Virus record (IMG/VR): IMGVR_UViG_3300026549_000030
Span: 1-64,000 of that record
Direction: 5' to 3' (one strand)
From: a virus
Lineage: Duplodnaviria > Caudoviricetes
Length of the DNA stretch: 64,000 nucleotides
Numbering within the stretch: the first letter of the stretch is position 1; each line of letters begins with the position of its first letter. The notes below the pieces were generated by a model. It ran no database searches and was not told the origin of the DNA. It was given only the letters and a program-made list of their open reading frames with translations. This document shows, one piece after another, positions 43,869-55,200 of the stretch. The position numbers and the translations under genes are program-made.

Positions 43869-46800
43869 AATCCTTCGTAATAGTTGTAAATGTAAGGAGG
43901 AAGATTTACTGTTATTGTCTGATCACTTGTTGATAGCGGAATGAAAACGCTTACACGTCCAGAATCGCTAAATGTTATGTTAGGGTCGTCAACAAACGTA
44001 GCATTAATCGTCCAATCAACAATTCGTGTTGTGCCGTATATGCTCTTATCGGAAATTTCTGGGAATTGTATCGGAGACACCCCCCAAAGAATATTCGAAT
44101 TTGTAAATCCACGATTAACTGTCGGGTCGCTTAGCCATAATATTGAGCCATCGCTCATCTCCATATATATGTCACTTGAAACATTGACTGCTTCTGTTGA
44201 CGGCCATTCCCAATAGAACTGAGAACCGCTAAGATTAACGTAAACTTTTCCAACCGTTGAGACTTGCGAAACTGTTGTTTCGTGATAAAATAGCCCAAGT
44301 GCCTCGTCCTTTATAACTACGCCGCCGTATCTTTCAGATGTTGTATCATTTTGCGCCACGCTAAACGTGAAAATCCTCTTATGTTCCGAAGGTACATCTA
44401 TTGCGCCGTCGAGTGTAATCCATGGAATGTATGAATTTGGAACAAATGCACTTCCAAATCCATCCGGATCATAAATTTCAACGTCAAACGTTCCTCCTTC
44501 ATTAGGGAAATCTGTTATATTAAGAGGAGAACCGCCCCAATCTGAAACGACGCCAAATTGGGTAACTGTCACATTGATTTCTATGTTGAATGTCCTATCC
44601 CTTACAACGATAACACCATTAATAGGTGACAGTCTATTATTTCTTCCGAATGTAACAGTAACCGTTTTTGTTCCAACGCCGCCATTATCTGAAACGGTAA
44701 CATAATCTTTTCTTATAATATCCCATCCGAAGTTTTCCGGGTCGTTGATTGTGATTGTTGTAGAGGAACCTTCCCAATCGGATTCTACGGCGCTTGGTGA
44801 AATGTAGAACGGATAATTTGCCTTATCCTGTACAACGATAAGCGTAAACGTCTTGTCGCCACACTCGAATGTAGCGTTCATTTGTCTCGTGTCTCCGCTT
44901 TCTGCACCCATATTTGGAGAGACATTAACAGTTATAGACGTTGCTCCATTTCCTTGCGTAGGTGATATTGACATTCGTTCATCGCACGACACCATTCTCC
45001 ATTGTTTTCCATCTGGCACTATGACGCTTCCTTGAATATTTCCTCCCTCGTATCCAATATTTCCACCGTAGTTAAGAACCGCTTGATAATCCTCTCCTGA
45101 ATTCAATCTTGGCTCAAATAGATTTAGATTTAAGACCTCACTATTTGAAATATTTGGAAAATACCATATGTATCTATTTTGATTATAATCAAATTCAATT
45201 CTAACCTCCACATACATGTCCGAATATAATTCGTTCATGTTTATATATTTCATTCCGCTCCCGTCTACCGCTTCGTAGTTTCTCGGAAACCTTGAATCTG
45301 TTGGGGATATTACGTTTCCATTTGAATCAGTCGGAATGGTGAACGGTATAGTATAACCGTACTTCGCATGGCTAAATTCAACTTTCATATATATTGTCGC
45401 CTTGCCATCTTCGTCTAATAGTCCGGGAAACAGATAAAGATAAAACCCCTCGCTTGACTCTGTTGTGTTGTATTTATTTCTACAAGAAAATTCCGCTGAA
45501 AGCCTTTCTGTTGCATTTTCAGTAAAAACGTATTCACCATCGGCGCCGTTTACTGCAGAGCCATTTTTTACCGAACCGGTTCTTACGTTCGAAGAATATT
45601 GCCCATATAGCTTCTCGCCATTCAGAAACATTGTTGACGTAAACAAAAGTTTTTGCGTTCTCCTATCCCTTGTATTATAAAAAGACAAACGCAAAAAAGA
45701 ACGGCTTATCCTATTCCTCATTTTAATAACGTCTTCATCCGTAAACCCAAGATAGCCTATAAGGTCCGCTTGTTCTGGCGTATTTCCATGCGCCGGAACT
45801 AGAATTGAGCCCGCGCTTGCGTAGTTATTCCAATATAAGTCATCTGAAGTCTTCCAATCGTTATACGTATATCCAATTACTCGTTCTTCCCCTTCTTCAA
45901 CGCCTTTAATTGGTTCTGCTGTACGTTCTCTGAAATGAAGGTTAAACCTAAGTTCTTCCAAATCACGCATTTCTCCATTGATAATATAGACGGGTGAGAA
46001 GCACTTCTTTTCGTAGTCAATTACTTTATTCTTCGAACTGTTGATTAACTTATTCACAAAATCTGTCCTGAGCGTATCTTCCTGAAATAGGTTTGCCCCG
46101 AAATCCTGAAGTAACGGCTCTGAAAATCTTGCTGAATAGTTTGTCCTGTAAAGAACGGTTCCATTTGTGAAAACGCATTTTAAGCCCAAATCAGACGTTT
46201 CTGATGTTTCGGCGATAAATCTCTCGTCTTTCGCATAAAACGTCAAATTACGGCACTTTCTCGCAATCAGAGAGGCAATGTAGATATTCTCTCCTTCCCA
46301 CATTATAATATGTCTGTCGTTCTTTCCTGTTTTCAGAACGGGAATGATACAATTCTTGAGGATTATAGTTCCTGCGCTATACTCCCAAGTCTCGCCATAA
46401 AGCTGTCTGTCGCCATACGCCTCAATAAATTCGTCGTCCGTTTCTTCGTCAAGCACTACAAATACGTTAGCCTTCGTATTCTTTACATAACTGTAAATTC
46501 TCTCATTAGAGCCTGCCTTTGGGAACGCGTATTTTCCCGTACTTGCGTCAACGTTTGCCGTATAAAGGAAAGTTTCTTCGTAAAGGACATAATCTCCGTC
46601 ACAACGTCTAACGCCGTCTGCCGCCGTTGAATAATCTCCATATATGAATTCGTTGATATATGTAGTAGAGGCGCTGTATTTTCCGACAAGCCTATTTTCA
46701 AGAAAATCGTGAACACCGTCTCCGAGAGACAATATTAAAAATTTGCGCTCGCTGTCGGCATAATGATATTTTTCATATTCGTACCCTGCTGCGTTAACCG

Positions 46801-47059
46801 ATAATAGTCTGTATGGAAAATCAGGAATTGTAAAACTGTTCTTTTCGACTGTTTCTATCTCCGTTGAATAGAGGAATTGAATATCCTCTCCGTCTGAACG
46901 CGCAAACTTAACGGTTTCTCCGCTGTCGAGCCCGTGCTTAGGAGAATTTACCGTTATGCTGTCGGCTTTCCATACGACTGACTTCCCTCCAATATTTTCA
47001 ACTTCAATTGGAAGGTTCTCTCGCTTAATATCTTTTGAACTTATCTTGTATGTTAACAT
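43865..47059 (-). CDS. Structural protein with three C-terminal BACON-like domains
   Basis: Units of EGG......W......G.G...V.V..N....R......V.Q at about 45070-44260. Confidence 0.65.
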   Translation of the reverse strand: MLTYKISSKDIKRENLPIEVENIGGKSVVWKADSITVNSPKHGLDSGETVKFARSDGEDIQFLYSTEIETVEKNSFTIPDFPYRLLSVNAAGYEYEKYHYADSERKFLILSLGDGVHDFLENRLVGKYSASTTYINEFIYGDYSTAADGVRRCDGDYVLYEETFLYTANVDASTGKYAFPKAGSNERIYSYVKNTKANVFVVLDEETDDEFIEAYGDRQLYGETWEYSAGTIILKNCIIPVLKTGKNDRHIIMWEGENIYIASLIARKCRNLTFYAKDERFIAETSETSDLGLKCVFTNGTVLYRTNYSARFSEPLLQDFGANLFQEDTLRTDFVNKLINSSKNKVIDYEKKCFSPVYIINGEMRDLEELRFNLHFRERTAEPIKGVEEGEERVIGYTYNDWKTSDDLYWNNYASAGSILVPAHGNTPEQADLIGYLGFTDEDVIKMRNRISRSFLRLSFYNTRDRRTQKLLFTSTMFLNGEKLYGQYSSNVRTGSVKNGSAVNGADGEYVFTENATERLSAEFSCRNKYNTTESSEGFYLYLFPGLLDEDGKATIYMKVEFSHAKYGYTIPFTIPTDSNGNVISPTDSRFPRNYEAVDGSGMKYINMNELYSDMYVEVRIEFDYNQNRYIWYFPNISNSEVLNLNLFEPRLNSGEDYQAVLNYGGNIGYEGGNIQGSVIVPDGKQWRMVSCDERMSISPTQGNGATSITVNVSPNMGAESGDTRQMNATFECGDKTFTLIVVQDKANYPFYISPSAVESDWEGSSTTITINDPENFGWDIIRKDYVTVSDNGGVGTKTVTVTFGRNNRLSPINGVIVVRDRTFNIEINVTVTQFGVVSDWGGSPLNITDFPNEGGTFDVEIYDPDGFGSAFVPNSYIPWITLDGAIDVPSEHKRIFTFSVAQNDTTSERYGGVVIKDEALGLFYHETTVSQVSTVGKVYVNLSGSQFYWEWPSTEAVNVSSDIYMEMSDGSILWLSDPTVNRGFTNSNILWGVSPIQFPEISDKSIYGTTRIVDWTINATFVDDPNITFSDSGRVSVFIPLSTSDQTITVNLPPYIYNYYEGL

Positions 47060-49656
47060 ATGTCGCCAGCTTTTTCTTCTTCGTATTCTGCGACGGAAAC
47101 GTCCTTAATCTTGCCTTCGGCGGCGCCCGTCTTGTAGTCAAGCGTATAATAATTATTGAGTCCGTATTCACCTGTTGGATCCTGCCTCCTCAGATAAAAA
47201 TTGATATTTGTATGCCTATAATGTGCCCCATTTGTAAATATCGAATCATAAAGTTCATCCCCTATTGTCAACGCACTATCTGATAATGGCTCTCTCCATA
47301 GATATCTTCCGGTAGAATCACACAAATCGTACGCATAATCAGGCATTTCCACATTAAACTTGAAAACATTATAACTATCAATGTCTATTGACTGTCCGTC
47401 ACATGTCTTAAATGATATGTTCATGTAATTCTTTCCGCCAACACTAGTAACAACCGCAGAAACTCTATTGCCATTTATCTTATGGTAAAGGTAAAGCGTA
47501 TCACCTGAGCTTAAAAAATAATTTACAGTTGTCTTTCCTGTAAATGAATTAGCCGTACCAGACGGTTTTCCGTCAGCAGAAAAAACAATCTTCTTGTGCA
47601 TTCCCTGATGAACCGTGTCACCATACTGTTTTATTGGTACCCTATAGTGCGGCTTATAATAGTATCCTTCAAAACATGGGATATTTTCGGATGCATTATC
47701 CGGTAGATACTTTTCTGTTACTATTGAAAATTCGCCATCAACGTCGTAATCATCGTAAAGTATCTCATCATATGAGATATTGTTGGCCCCACTATACCCA
47801 TTATCTCGCTGTACTGTGTTGAATCTATGATAAACCGTCTCTATAACCGTTTCTTCAACAGTATTCGGTGAAAATTCAACAATGTCCCCAACAAAAACGT
47901 TATTGTCAATTGTTATGTTATTTTCAACTACGGAAGAGGCGCCGTTTTTGTGTATTGTATGCACATTATAATCCGTTTCCGTACTCTGCAAATCGAATCC
48001 TGACGTTATCTCGCCAAAACAATGAGAATATTCAACGCTCGAATCCGCTGCACGTGAAGGATCACTACTTCCATACCATATATTATGCCCGGCATTTCTC
48101 TTAACTATTGTAAGATATATCTCACTTAAAGGGCGGTTCCAGTCATCCCTTAATCCAGTTAAAATAACGTCCTCGTTATATAGTATCTGTGCTACCTTGT
48201 CTGAGAATATGTTCTCACTGAACCCTAACTTGTTTATTGTTGTGCTGAATTCCTTGCTTGCGTTCTCTATTTCTTCTTCTGTTACTCCGTCGCTTACGCA
48301 AATATTCTCTGAATTGAAATTAGGTATCTTTCTGAATTTTCTTAAATAATATTGGCAATCTCCTCCATTAACATATTTTCTAACAATTATCTCATATTCC
48401 GGCTTTATATTTCCATTGCTGTCGATAAAGCCTTCTTCGTAATTAGATAGTCTTGAGAATACGTCAAACAACTTACTGGCACTAACCGCAAAATTATGCT
48501 TCGTATCTTCGTTTATATACCCAATCGCCTCGACGGTTGTTGGATAATCCATATCGACAGAAACGCCGTTTTTAATAACGGAAAACTTCACAGAGTCACC
48601 TTTCTGAAAAGTATTTGATAACTCCGTTCTAAGATAAACGAGAACGCCGTCCGTACCGTCTTTTTTCTCAAATATTGTTCCGTTTAAGTTGGTTCTTACG
48701 TAACACCTTAACCCGTTTACGCTTCTATTTGTTTTTGAATGCACAATTGTACTTCCAGAATCGTGCTCATATGGGTACGTTAAGCAAAAATCCCAATTGT
48801 TCTCAAGCCTTTTCCTGTATACATTAAATCTTGGAGTAAATGAATATAGCTCACGCCCAGGATACATATCTATAAATGCCCCTGCGCTTTCATCGTTCAT
48901 ACATTTATTAACTGTGTAAATGCTATTATCAAGCGAAACATTCGGTATGTCTATTGAAGACGGGTTAATAAATCCAACCCACCCATCTGATTCTACGAGA
49001 TTATAGTGCATGGCTTCCTGAAAAGAAAACACGGAATCCCTTGTATACAAATGTAACTCTGTTTCAAATTTTTCGAGCTTTCCCGAACTCTTTTCAGTTT
49101 TTACGATATTCTTTTTAATAATCCTTCCTGAGCTATCTCTCATATAGTCAGAAAGTTTATTGAACGTTGGTGTGTTTGCTAATTCACTATCATTAACAAC
49201 AGAGAACTCTTTTCTTCTCAACGAATGATTATTGAATATATCAGCGCCACAATGGTATTTGTAACCGCCTATCTCTTTATTGGAATAAGCGGTATCTCTG
49301 ATAAAATTAACAACGCTTCCATCGTACTTTGTTGCATACTTCAGCGCATTTCCTGTAAGATTACTTCTTGAAATTTCGTTTGTCGAATACACCTTTGCAT
49401 CATCACTTCCTTCATTAAGGACAACTTCGGTTTTTCCGTTAAAGAGAATGTTGCTGCACACCGGATTAATAGTAAATATCAACCTGAACGTATCGGAAGA
49501 ATCCTTTTCCTTCGTATATTCCTCATACGAATCAATCGTTTCGGAAATGCTGTCTGTTGGCAAAAGTTTCCTTTCCGTAGATAAATCTATTGAAAGATTA
49601 TTATCCACGTTGGACGATCTTTTCGATCTAAACTTATTTAAAAGCAACTTTTTCAT
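47053..49656 (-). CDS. Virion structural protein (baseplate module)
   Basis: Long ORF overlapping its neighbours in the baseplate operon. Confidence 0.6.
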   Translation of the reverse strand: MKKLLLNKFRSKRSSNVDNNLSIDLSTERKLLPTDSISETIDSYEEYTKEKDSSDTFRLIFTINPVCSNILFNGKTEVVLNEGSDDAKVYSTNEISRSNLTGNALKYATKYDGSVVNFIRDTAYSNKEIGGYKYHCGADIFNNHSLRRKEFSVVNDSELANTPTFNKLSDYMRDSSGRIIKKNIVKTEKSSGKLEKFETELHLYTRDSVFSFQEAMHYNLVESDGWVGFINPSSIDIPNVSLDNSIYTVNKCMNDESAGAFIDMYPGRELYSFTPRFNVYRKRLENNWDFCLTYPYEHDSGSTIVHSKTNRSVNGLRCYVRTNLNGTIFEKKDGTDGVLVYLRTELSNTFQKGDSVKFSVIKNGVSVDMDYPTTVEAIGYINEDTKHNFAVSASKLFDVFSRLSNYEEGFIDSNGNIKPEYEIIVRKYVNGGDCQYYLRKFRKIPNFNSENICVSDGVTEEEIENASKEFSTTINKLGFSENIFSDKVAQILYNEDVILTGLRDDWNRPLSEIYLTIVKRNAGHNIWYGSSDPSRAADSSVEYSHCFGEITSGFDLQSTETDYNVHTIHKNGASSVVENNITIDNNVFVGDIVEFSPNTVEETVIETVYHRFNTVQRDNGYSGANNISYDEILYDDYDVDGEFSIVTEKYLPDNASENIPCFEGYYYKPHYRVPIKQYGDTVHQGMHKKIVFSADGKPSGTANSFTGKTTVNYFLSSGDTLYLYHKINGNRVSAVVTSVGGKNYMNISFKTCDGQSIDIDSYNVFKFNVEMPDYAYDLCDSTGRYLWREPLSDSALTIGDELYDSIFTNGAHYRHTNINFYLRRQDPTGEYGLNNYYTLDYKTGAAEGKIKDVSVAEYEEEKAGDIC

Positions 49657-49659
49657 TTA

Positions 49660-52600
49660 CTAATCTTCTGTTGAGGCAAATTGGGCCATATAATTATTCC
49701 ACTCCGTTTTAGTGTATTCTCTAACAATGAATATTTCGTTCGAATTCCTTGTATAGAAAATATCTATCAGTTCATTGTTCGAATATCTTCTAACATTTGC
49801 TGAACCATACCCCTCTGCGGTATTAACGCCTGCACTATAGAACCCATAAACGTAAGGATTATTTGTTGCGCCTTCTCCTGCCATGATGGTATCCCCATCT
49901 ATAACGCAATCTTCGTTATTAAGCCAGTCATTAAGAAATATGGTATTTATCCCTATAAAATTTTGATTATTAGTTTCAATTGTCTCATATCCATGAGGTA
50001 TATATTTTCTACCACTAAAAACATCGCTATCCCAGGCCGCATAGAACTTACATCTTTTTTCAACGCTTCTATAAAATACCGCACTGCTATATGCCCCTTC
50101 GTAATCACCAACAAATGTTACTCTTATACTATTACTTAATGTATTTAGCTCATTTTCATTAATGCCGGTATCGCCATTTTCCGTAACGCTAACGCTATAT
50201 GAAAAATCGGTTCTATCTTCGCAGTCTATTGAGCAGTTAACAACTTTTGTTGTATAATATTGTTCCAAATCATGATTCGTAGAAGCGGGAATAATGTTAT
50301 AATCCATACCATTATCTGTTGGCTCATATTCATACCCGCTGATAGAAATCTTATACTTTCTTCCTAAAATATTACCACTATTTGCATCTGAATACTCACA
50401 AATTCCGTTGGCTACAGCCACTTCTGCGCTTATTGTTTGTGAATTTGTCACGAAAAACAATGCCCTAAAGAAGAATGGACGATATATTGAAGGAACAGTA
50501 AACCGTATTTCGTTGTTTTTTGAATCCAAAATTTTTAATTTATAGTCTGGCTTCGTAGCATTTTGTGTATAATCGTGGTAATATCCATATTTCAATGATA
50601 TATCTCGTGTTGGCGAAACGAAGTTATCTATTGATAGCTCATATCCATCAGGAAGAGAAGATGATGATGTGTTTACTATCATAAGCCTATCATTTCCCTC
50701 GTCTGGTGATATTACCTTCTCCGCGCCGCCGTTTTCAATGATTAACGTATATGGTGTATTTTCCCCTACTATATCATATGGTATCTCTCCATATGCAGTC
50801 AACATTGATGAGCGAGAAACCATATAGAATATAGCTCTCTTGATATCATACATTGCTTTCTGATAGAGAGACAGGTTGCTCTTAAACGGCTCTGAATTCT
50901 TTAATGTCGTCCTCCACCCATTAACCGTTGAATCATTATAAGCATCGACAAAGGCAATTTTCCACCAATTTTCTCTTACATATTCTGGATTTGATGAGCT
51001 CTCTATGAGCGGCTTTATTATTCTCCTATATGAGGCATATTTGCTTCCATTGAAGTAAAAATCTAGCTCATTAGGCATCTGCATTGTTTCTGTTGCAACT
51101 TCTACTTCCTTAACAACGTTTCCGCAGCCATACATAATTGAAGTTGTATAATCCTCATCGCCAGCCCAACCGACTATTTCTTCGGTTGTTATATCAGAGC
51201 TTGTAATGACTGTTATTACATGGTAAGCACTTTCGTCAATTGGCGTTCCATTATAATTTGAATTCTTGATAATTTTCGCGTACGGTTTACTATTATCCTT
51301 TAGGTTTTCCGTATAAGCGATAACACCGGCAACATTTGCATCATCAAATAAGTTTTGCGGACTGTTAAATGTAATACGCCCGTTGCCACTCCTTACATCA
51401 AATGTTTCAACCTCTTCTGTATAGTTTTCAATTTGATGTGAGAAATAGCTAAAACTATCCGGCAATATTGTATCGACAGAGAATGTCTTTGTGATTACGG
51501 TTATGTTGCTTCCTGTAACTGTAACATCAACATCTGTTCCGCCAGGTATATCAAATATTTTATTTCCAACAAGTCTTCCGACGGATACGCTCTCTATTCC
51601 GCCTTTCTCTATGTTTTTCAGCTTCACGGTAGCCTCACCAATATCTTCGCATAACGTAGCATTCTTATTAACAACAACCGTAACCGACGGTCCATACTCT
51701 GACATTGATGGACATTCAGCATAGAACTCTTTATAGAGTTTGTCAATAGCTGTATTTCCTCCCTTTAAGCCAAAATAGAAATAGAACGAATTTTCATAGA
51801 CAGGCAGTGATACTGTTCCGCCATTTGAAATCAGGTACTTTTTCTTTGCGTCGTCTAATGTATATCCCTTTGGAAGTCCGAGTCTAAATCTATAATAGTC
51901 TACGCTATTTTCTTCTATTGTTCTTGTGAATTCGTTGGGCTGTCCTCCCGGTATGTAGTCTCTATTGTAATCGGAATCCTTAATCTTTTTTGATAGTTCC
52001 CCGTTAAAGTTAACGGGATTAATTGTCTCAAAAACGTATTCTCTTAACAAGGTATCATTGTTCTGAACCGTCTTTAACCCACGATAATTAAGCGTTGCAA
52101 ATTCATTTTTGAATCCATAATCATTGATTTCCTCGCCGGATATTAAGCCAGTCGGAACCGTATAATTATATCGCAATTCATCTGTTGTGTTTCCAATATA
52201 CGCCATTCTTTGCGAAAACATTGTGCCGACTTCGCATATTCTTGATAGGTTTACACAAGATTTTATATTCGTCTGAGAATTAAAGCATGATATACCAAGG
52301 AAATGCCCACCGGGAAAATAAAGATCAGAAATGCTGTTATCTCCTTGTCCAGGCCCATGGTATCCCCAATCTATTCCAGATGCTTCTGTTACTACATCTT
52401 CATTTCCATATGGGTTCTGCTCATAGAAGTCCTTTCCCTTACTCCAATTTATGACATTTTCTTTCCAATCTCTTCCAGAATGCCCACCATCAAGACGCTT
52501 GATTGGTTCGTCTGTCATTCCTCCTGAACATATTGAGCCTTCTTCGTTATTTCCGTAGATAAAACCGTCGATACCCAAATTTGTGCTTGCAAGCGTATCA

Positions 52601-54933
52601 GGAATTTGATATGATGTTGAAGATAGCTTTGTAAATGTCTGTGGAATCCCATGAAGATTATTTTCCTCCAATGAACCAAGCAAAATTATATCTGTCGCAA
52701 ATAAATTGCATTTTCTATTTTTACTTAGCCATTCGCATGGGCGGAAATAATAAGCATACTTTCCGTTAAGCACCATTTCATTATGAACAACGCCTCCGCC
52801 GGGTTTCGTGTCGCCTGAGCGAGATAAAATTTTTATATATTTTCTTCCCTTTGCCTTATGACACTTCTGCTTACTATTATTTTTACAGCCGTTTGGAGTT
52901 GTTACATTGATAAAGCTCGTTGCATCATCTGATACCTTATACGCTAAAGCGCATTGCTGCGTGTATCTTCTACTGAATAACGCATTATATCCGCTTTCCA
53001 TACACCCATTTACGCCTTGCCTTAATTTTATTAATCCAAACAGGAAACTATTTTTCTTTCGTATATCTGCAGCCCACCTAGGAATATATATCATTCCGTT
53101 TATCCAATCGTTATAGAAGTCAAATTGAATAACTTCGTATTCCATTGCAAGATTTATTTCTACGCATTGTACGAAATAGTCTATCTTATTCGTCAAACAC
53201 GTCTTTCCGCCAGTGTCGCCCTTATCCTTATTTTGGTAATCAATACTCTTTTCGTCCTCCTCCGCTTCTTTTGCAATCTTTTCATATGAAGCCTTAAGAA
53301 GCTCTGAATTATTACAGCCAGGTGCAAAATACCAGCCATCTGCCTCTGGGCAATACCCCTCGCCAATATAAACACAGCCGGCTTGACGGATTCTATCTCT
53401 TATACTACTAAAAACCCACCTTGTTATTGCGTTTTTTCCGCCAATTCTATATATGGCGCTTAAAAACTTGTTGTATATTGTTGTTACCCATAATAGAATC
53501 TTAAAAATTGCGCATTGCAGGACGAACATAAATGTTAAATTAACCCTAATGTTGTTGTACGGAATCGGGTTGTTATTATCATTATTATTAACCGCCTTAA
53601 ATCCTGAAAATCTTTTATTCCTATCAAAATTTAACATTTGAAAACGCGGAATGAAAGATTTTACGCTATATACATTGTTTGAGAATAAATCCTTAAATGA
53701 TGCATCATCCGTATCTGTCCCAAAAACATAATCTAATACCGAATCGTCAGGACTTCCATTTAAAGAACGTTCATTGTTAGAATAAAATTTTGGGTTGTTT
53801 GGTACAAGAACTTTTGACAAATGCGTTGATCCGCCTTCGCTCTCGAATTCAGTCAGCGAAAACCTAAATCTTACAGATGCCCTTGTCGGAATTCCCTTTG
53901 TCGTATCATCGGTGCGAACAACATTTCCATACTCATCTGTACGAACATAATCAAGGTTCATTGGTATCTGATAACACCAAACACCGTTTCCATCAATAAG
54001 CGTATTACCTTGAATTATGAGCTCTTCCACATTACCCTCTGGCGTTTTACGGATCATTTCAATGGTGCCGTTACCTGTTGTAAGCCTGTCCATTTTACCC
54101 ATTCTTTCACTTGGAATGCAGCGCTTGCTTATACTATTTGACGCTTCGTCTGTGATAACGGAGCCAATAAACACACAAGTAGGGGTAAACTCATACTGAA
54201 TTTCAATATCCCTTCTCGTGATTGCAATGTCACCTTCTGATTCCTCTCCCCAGAAAGGATAAACGTTCACATTTTGATTCTGAGATATGATTTGAGCCAA
54301 ACTATCCAAGTCTGTGCTTGTCTTGAACATATTTGCGTTCTCGAACTGAGTGATGTTGTAGCCCTTATAAACCATATCCCTCGGACGCTGAGAGAGAATA
54401 CCAATATCTGATAAGTCTATGTCAACGTGAAGCGTTTGCTCTCCCGTAGGAACGCCAAAAATCATATAGTCGCCTGCTTCGTTTGTTCTCGTGGTGAACT
54501 TATAGTATTTGTCGTAAACCTCGAGAATATTGTTATCATCAAGAACGGTTCTCTTACTTGGGAATGTGCCTACGTTCCTGTGGCAATCTGAAAGTTGATC
54601 CTCTGGAAGTAAGTTATAACGAATTCTGTCTGCATTTTTTGTATTTACAGACTTATATGGGTAGAGATATGATAGAATGTCGTCCTCTAAGTCAGCTTCA
54701 TCAGCACTTATAAAGATTGAAATCTTCGCGTTTGGTATTCCATAACCGCCATTGGCAAGTACACGCCCAACAACACACCCGTAATTCGCGGTGTGTAGTT
54801 TATAGAGGTTGTCAACGTCAAGTTTAAGGCTCAGAACCTCAAGAGAGTTGAAGTCCTGATTGATATTAACGTTTAGAACACTGTCCTCACCGACATTTGT
54901 CCTTATTCTATATGAGTTATTGTTATCCGACAT
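49660..54933 (-). CDS. Large virion structural protein (N-terminal carboxypeptidase-regulatory-like beta-sandwich, Cys-rich middle)
   Basis: VVGRV...G.GIPNAKISI and TNEAGDYMIFGVPTG motifs; downstream of the baseplate wedge gene. Confidence 0.6.
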   Translation of the reverse strand: MSDNNNSYRIRTNVGEDSVLNVNINQDFNSLEVLSLKLDVDNLYKLHTANYGCVVGRVLANGGYGIPNAKISIFISADEADLEDDILSYLYPYKSVNTKNADRIRYNLLPEDQLSDCHRNVGTFPSKRTVLDDNNILEVYDKYYKFTTRTNEAGDYMIFGVPTGEQTLHVDIDLSDIGILSQRPRDMVYKGYNITQFENANMFKTSTDLDSLAQIISQNQNVNVYPFWGEESEGDIAITRRDIEIQYEFTPTCVFIGSVITDEASNSISKRCIPSERMGKMDRLTTGNGTIEMIRKTPEGNVEELIIQGNTLIDGNGVWCYQIPMNLDYVRTDEYGNVVRTDDTTKGIPTRASVRFRFSLTEFESEGGSTHLSKVLVPNNPKFYSNNERSLNGSPDDSVLDYVFGTDTDDASFKDLFSNNVYSVKSFIPRFQMLNFDRNKRFSGFKAVNNNDNNNPIPYNNIRVNLTFMFVLQCAIFKILLWVTTIYNKFLSAIYRIGGKNAITRWVFSSIRDRIRQAGCVYIGEGYCPEADGWYFAPGCNNSELLKASYEKIAKEAEEDEKSIDYQNKDKGDTGGKTCLTNKIDYFVQCVEINLAMEYEVIQFDFYNDWINGMIYIPRWAADIRKKNSFLFGLIKLRQGVNGCMESGYNALFSRRYTQQCALAYKVSDDATSFINVTTPNGCKNNSKQKCHKAKGRKYIKILSRSGDTKPGGGVVHNEMVLNGKYAYYFRPCEWLSKNRKCNLFATDIILLGSLEENNLHGIPQTFTKLSSTSYQIPDTLASTNLGIDGFIYGNNEEGSICSGGMTDEPIKRLDGGHSGRDWKENVINWSKGKDFYEQNPYGNEDVVTEASGIDWGYHGPGQGDNSISDLYFPGGHFLGISCFNSQTNIKSCVNLSRICEVGTMFSQRMAYIGNTTDELRYNYTVPTGLISGEEINDYGFKNEFATLNYRGLKTVQNNDTLLREYVFETINPVNFNGELSKKIKDSDYNRDYIPGGQPNEFTRTIEENSVDYYRFRLGLPKGYTLDDAKKKYLISNGGTVSLPVYENSFYFYFGLKGGNTAIDKLYKEFYAECPSMSEYGPSVTVVVNKNATLCEDIGEATVKLKNIEKGGIESVSVGRLVGNKIFDIPGGTDVDVTVTGSNITVITKTFSVDTILPDSFSYFSHQIENYTEEVETFDVRSGNGRITFNSPQNLFDDANVAGVIAYTENLKDNSKPYAKIIKNSNYNGTPIDESAYHVITVITSSDITTEEIVGWAGDEDYTTSIMYGCGNVVKEVEVATETMQMPNELDFYFNGSKYASYRRIIKPLIESSSNPEYVRENWWKIAFVDAYNDSTVNGWRTTLKNSEPFKSNLSLYQKAMYDIKRAIFYMVSRSSMLTAYGEIPYDIVGENTPYTLIIENGGAEKVISPDEGNDRLMIVNTSSSSLPDGYELSIDNFVSPTRDISLKYGYYHDYTQNATKPDYKLKILDSKNNEIRFTVPSIYRPFFFRALFFVTNSQTISAEVAVANGICEYSDANSGNILGRKYKISISGYEYEPTDNGMDYNIIPASTNHDLEQYYTTKVVNCSIDCEDRTDFSYSVSVTENGDTGINENELNTLSNSIRVTFVGDYEGAYSSAVFYRSVEKRCKFYAAWDSDVFSGRKYIPHGYETIETNNQNFIGINTIFLNDWLNNEDCVIDGDTIMAGEGATNNPYVYGFYSAGVNTAEGYGSANVRRYSNNELIDIFYTRNSNEIFIVREYTKTEWNNYMAQFASTED

Positions 54934-55186
54934 TGGTTATTGCTTGTTTTCCACTTAAATTAAAAAACTTTTTCATGTTGATGCGCCGATCCTTGCTTAT
55001 GGCACCTTTATAAAAAACATATATAACAATTGCTGGAAGCAAAAATAGTAGGCACATATAAACGCCTACCTTCTGAAAAATAACCCTAACCTTTTGCCCA
55101 AATGGTAAATTTTCAGCATTCTTTTTCTCTCCATATTTTTTGAACAGCGCGTTTAGCTGTTCTGTTGTTGCACAGTTGCATGCCAT
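54923..55186 (-). CDS. Small membrane protein with an N-terminal CxC
   Basis: MACNCA; one TM helix. Confidence 0.6.
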   Translation of the reverse strand: MACNCATTEQLNALFKKYGEKKNAENLPFGQKVRVIFQKVGVYMCLLFLLPAIVIYVFYKGAISKDRRINMKKFFNLSGKQAITNVG

Positions 55187-55200
55187 AATTAAATTTTATC

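Noticed and set aside
30223-47059. Diversity-generating retroelement acting on fibre genes
   Set aside because: No reverse transcriptase and no near-identical template/variable repeat pair seen in this window.
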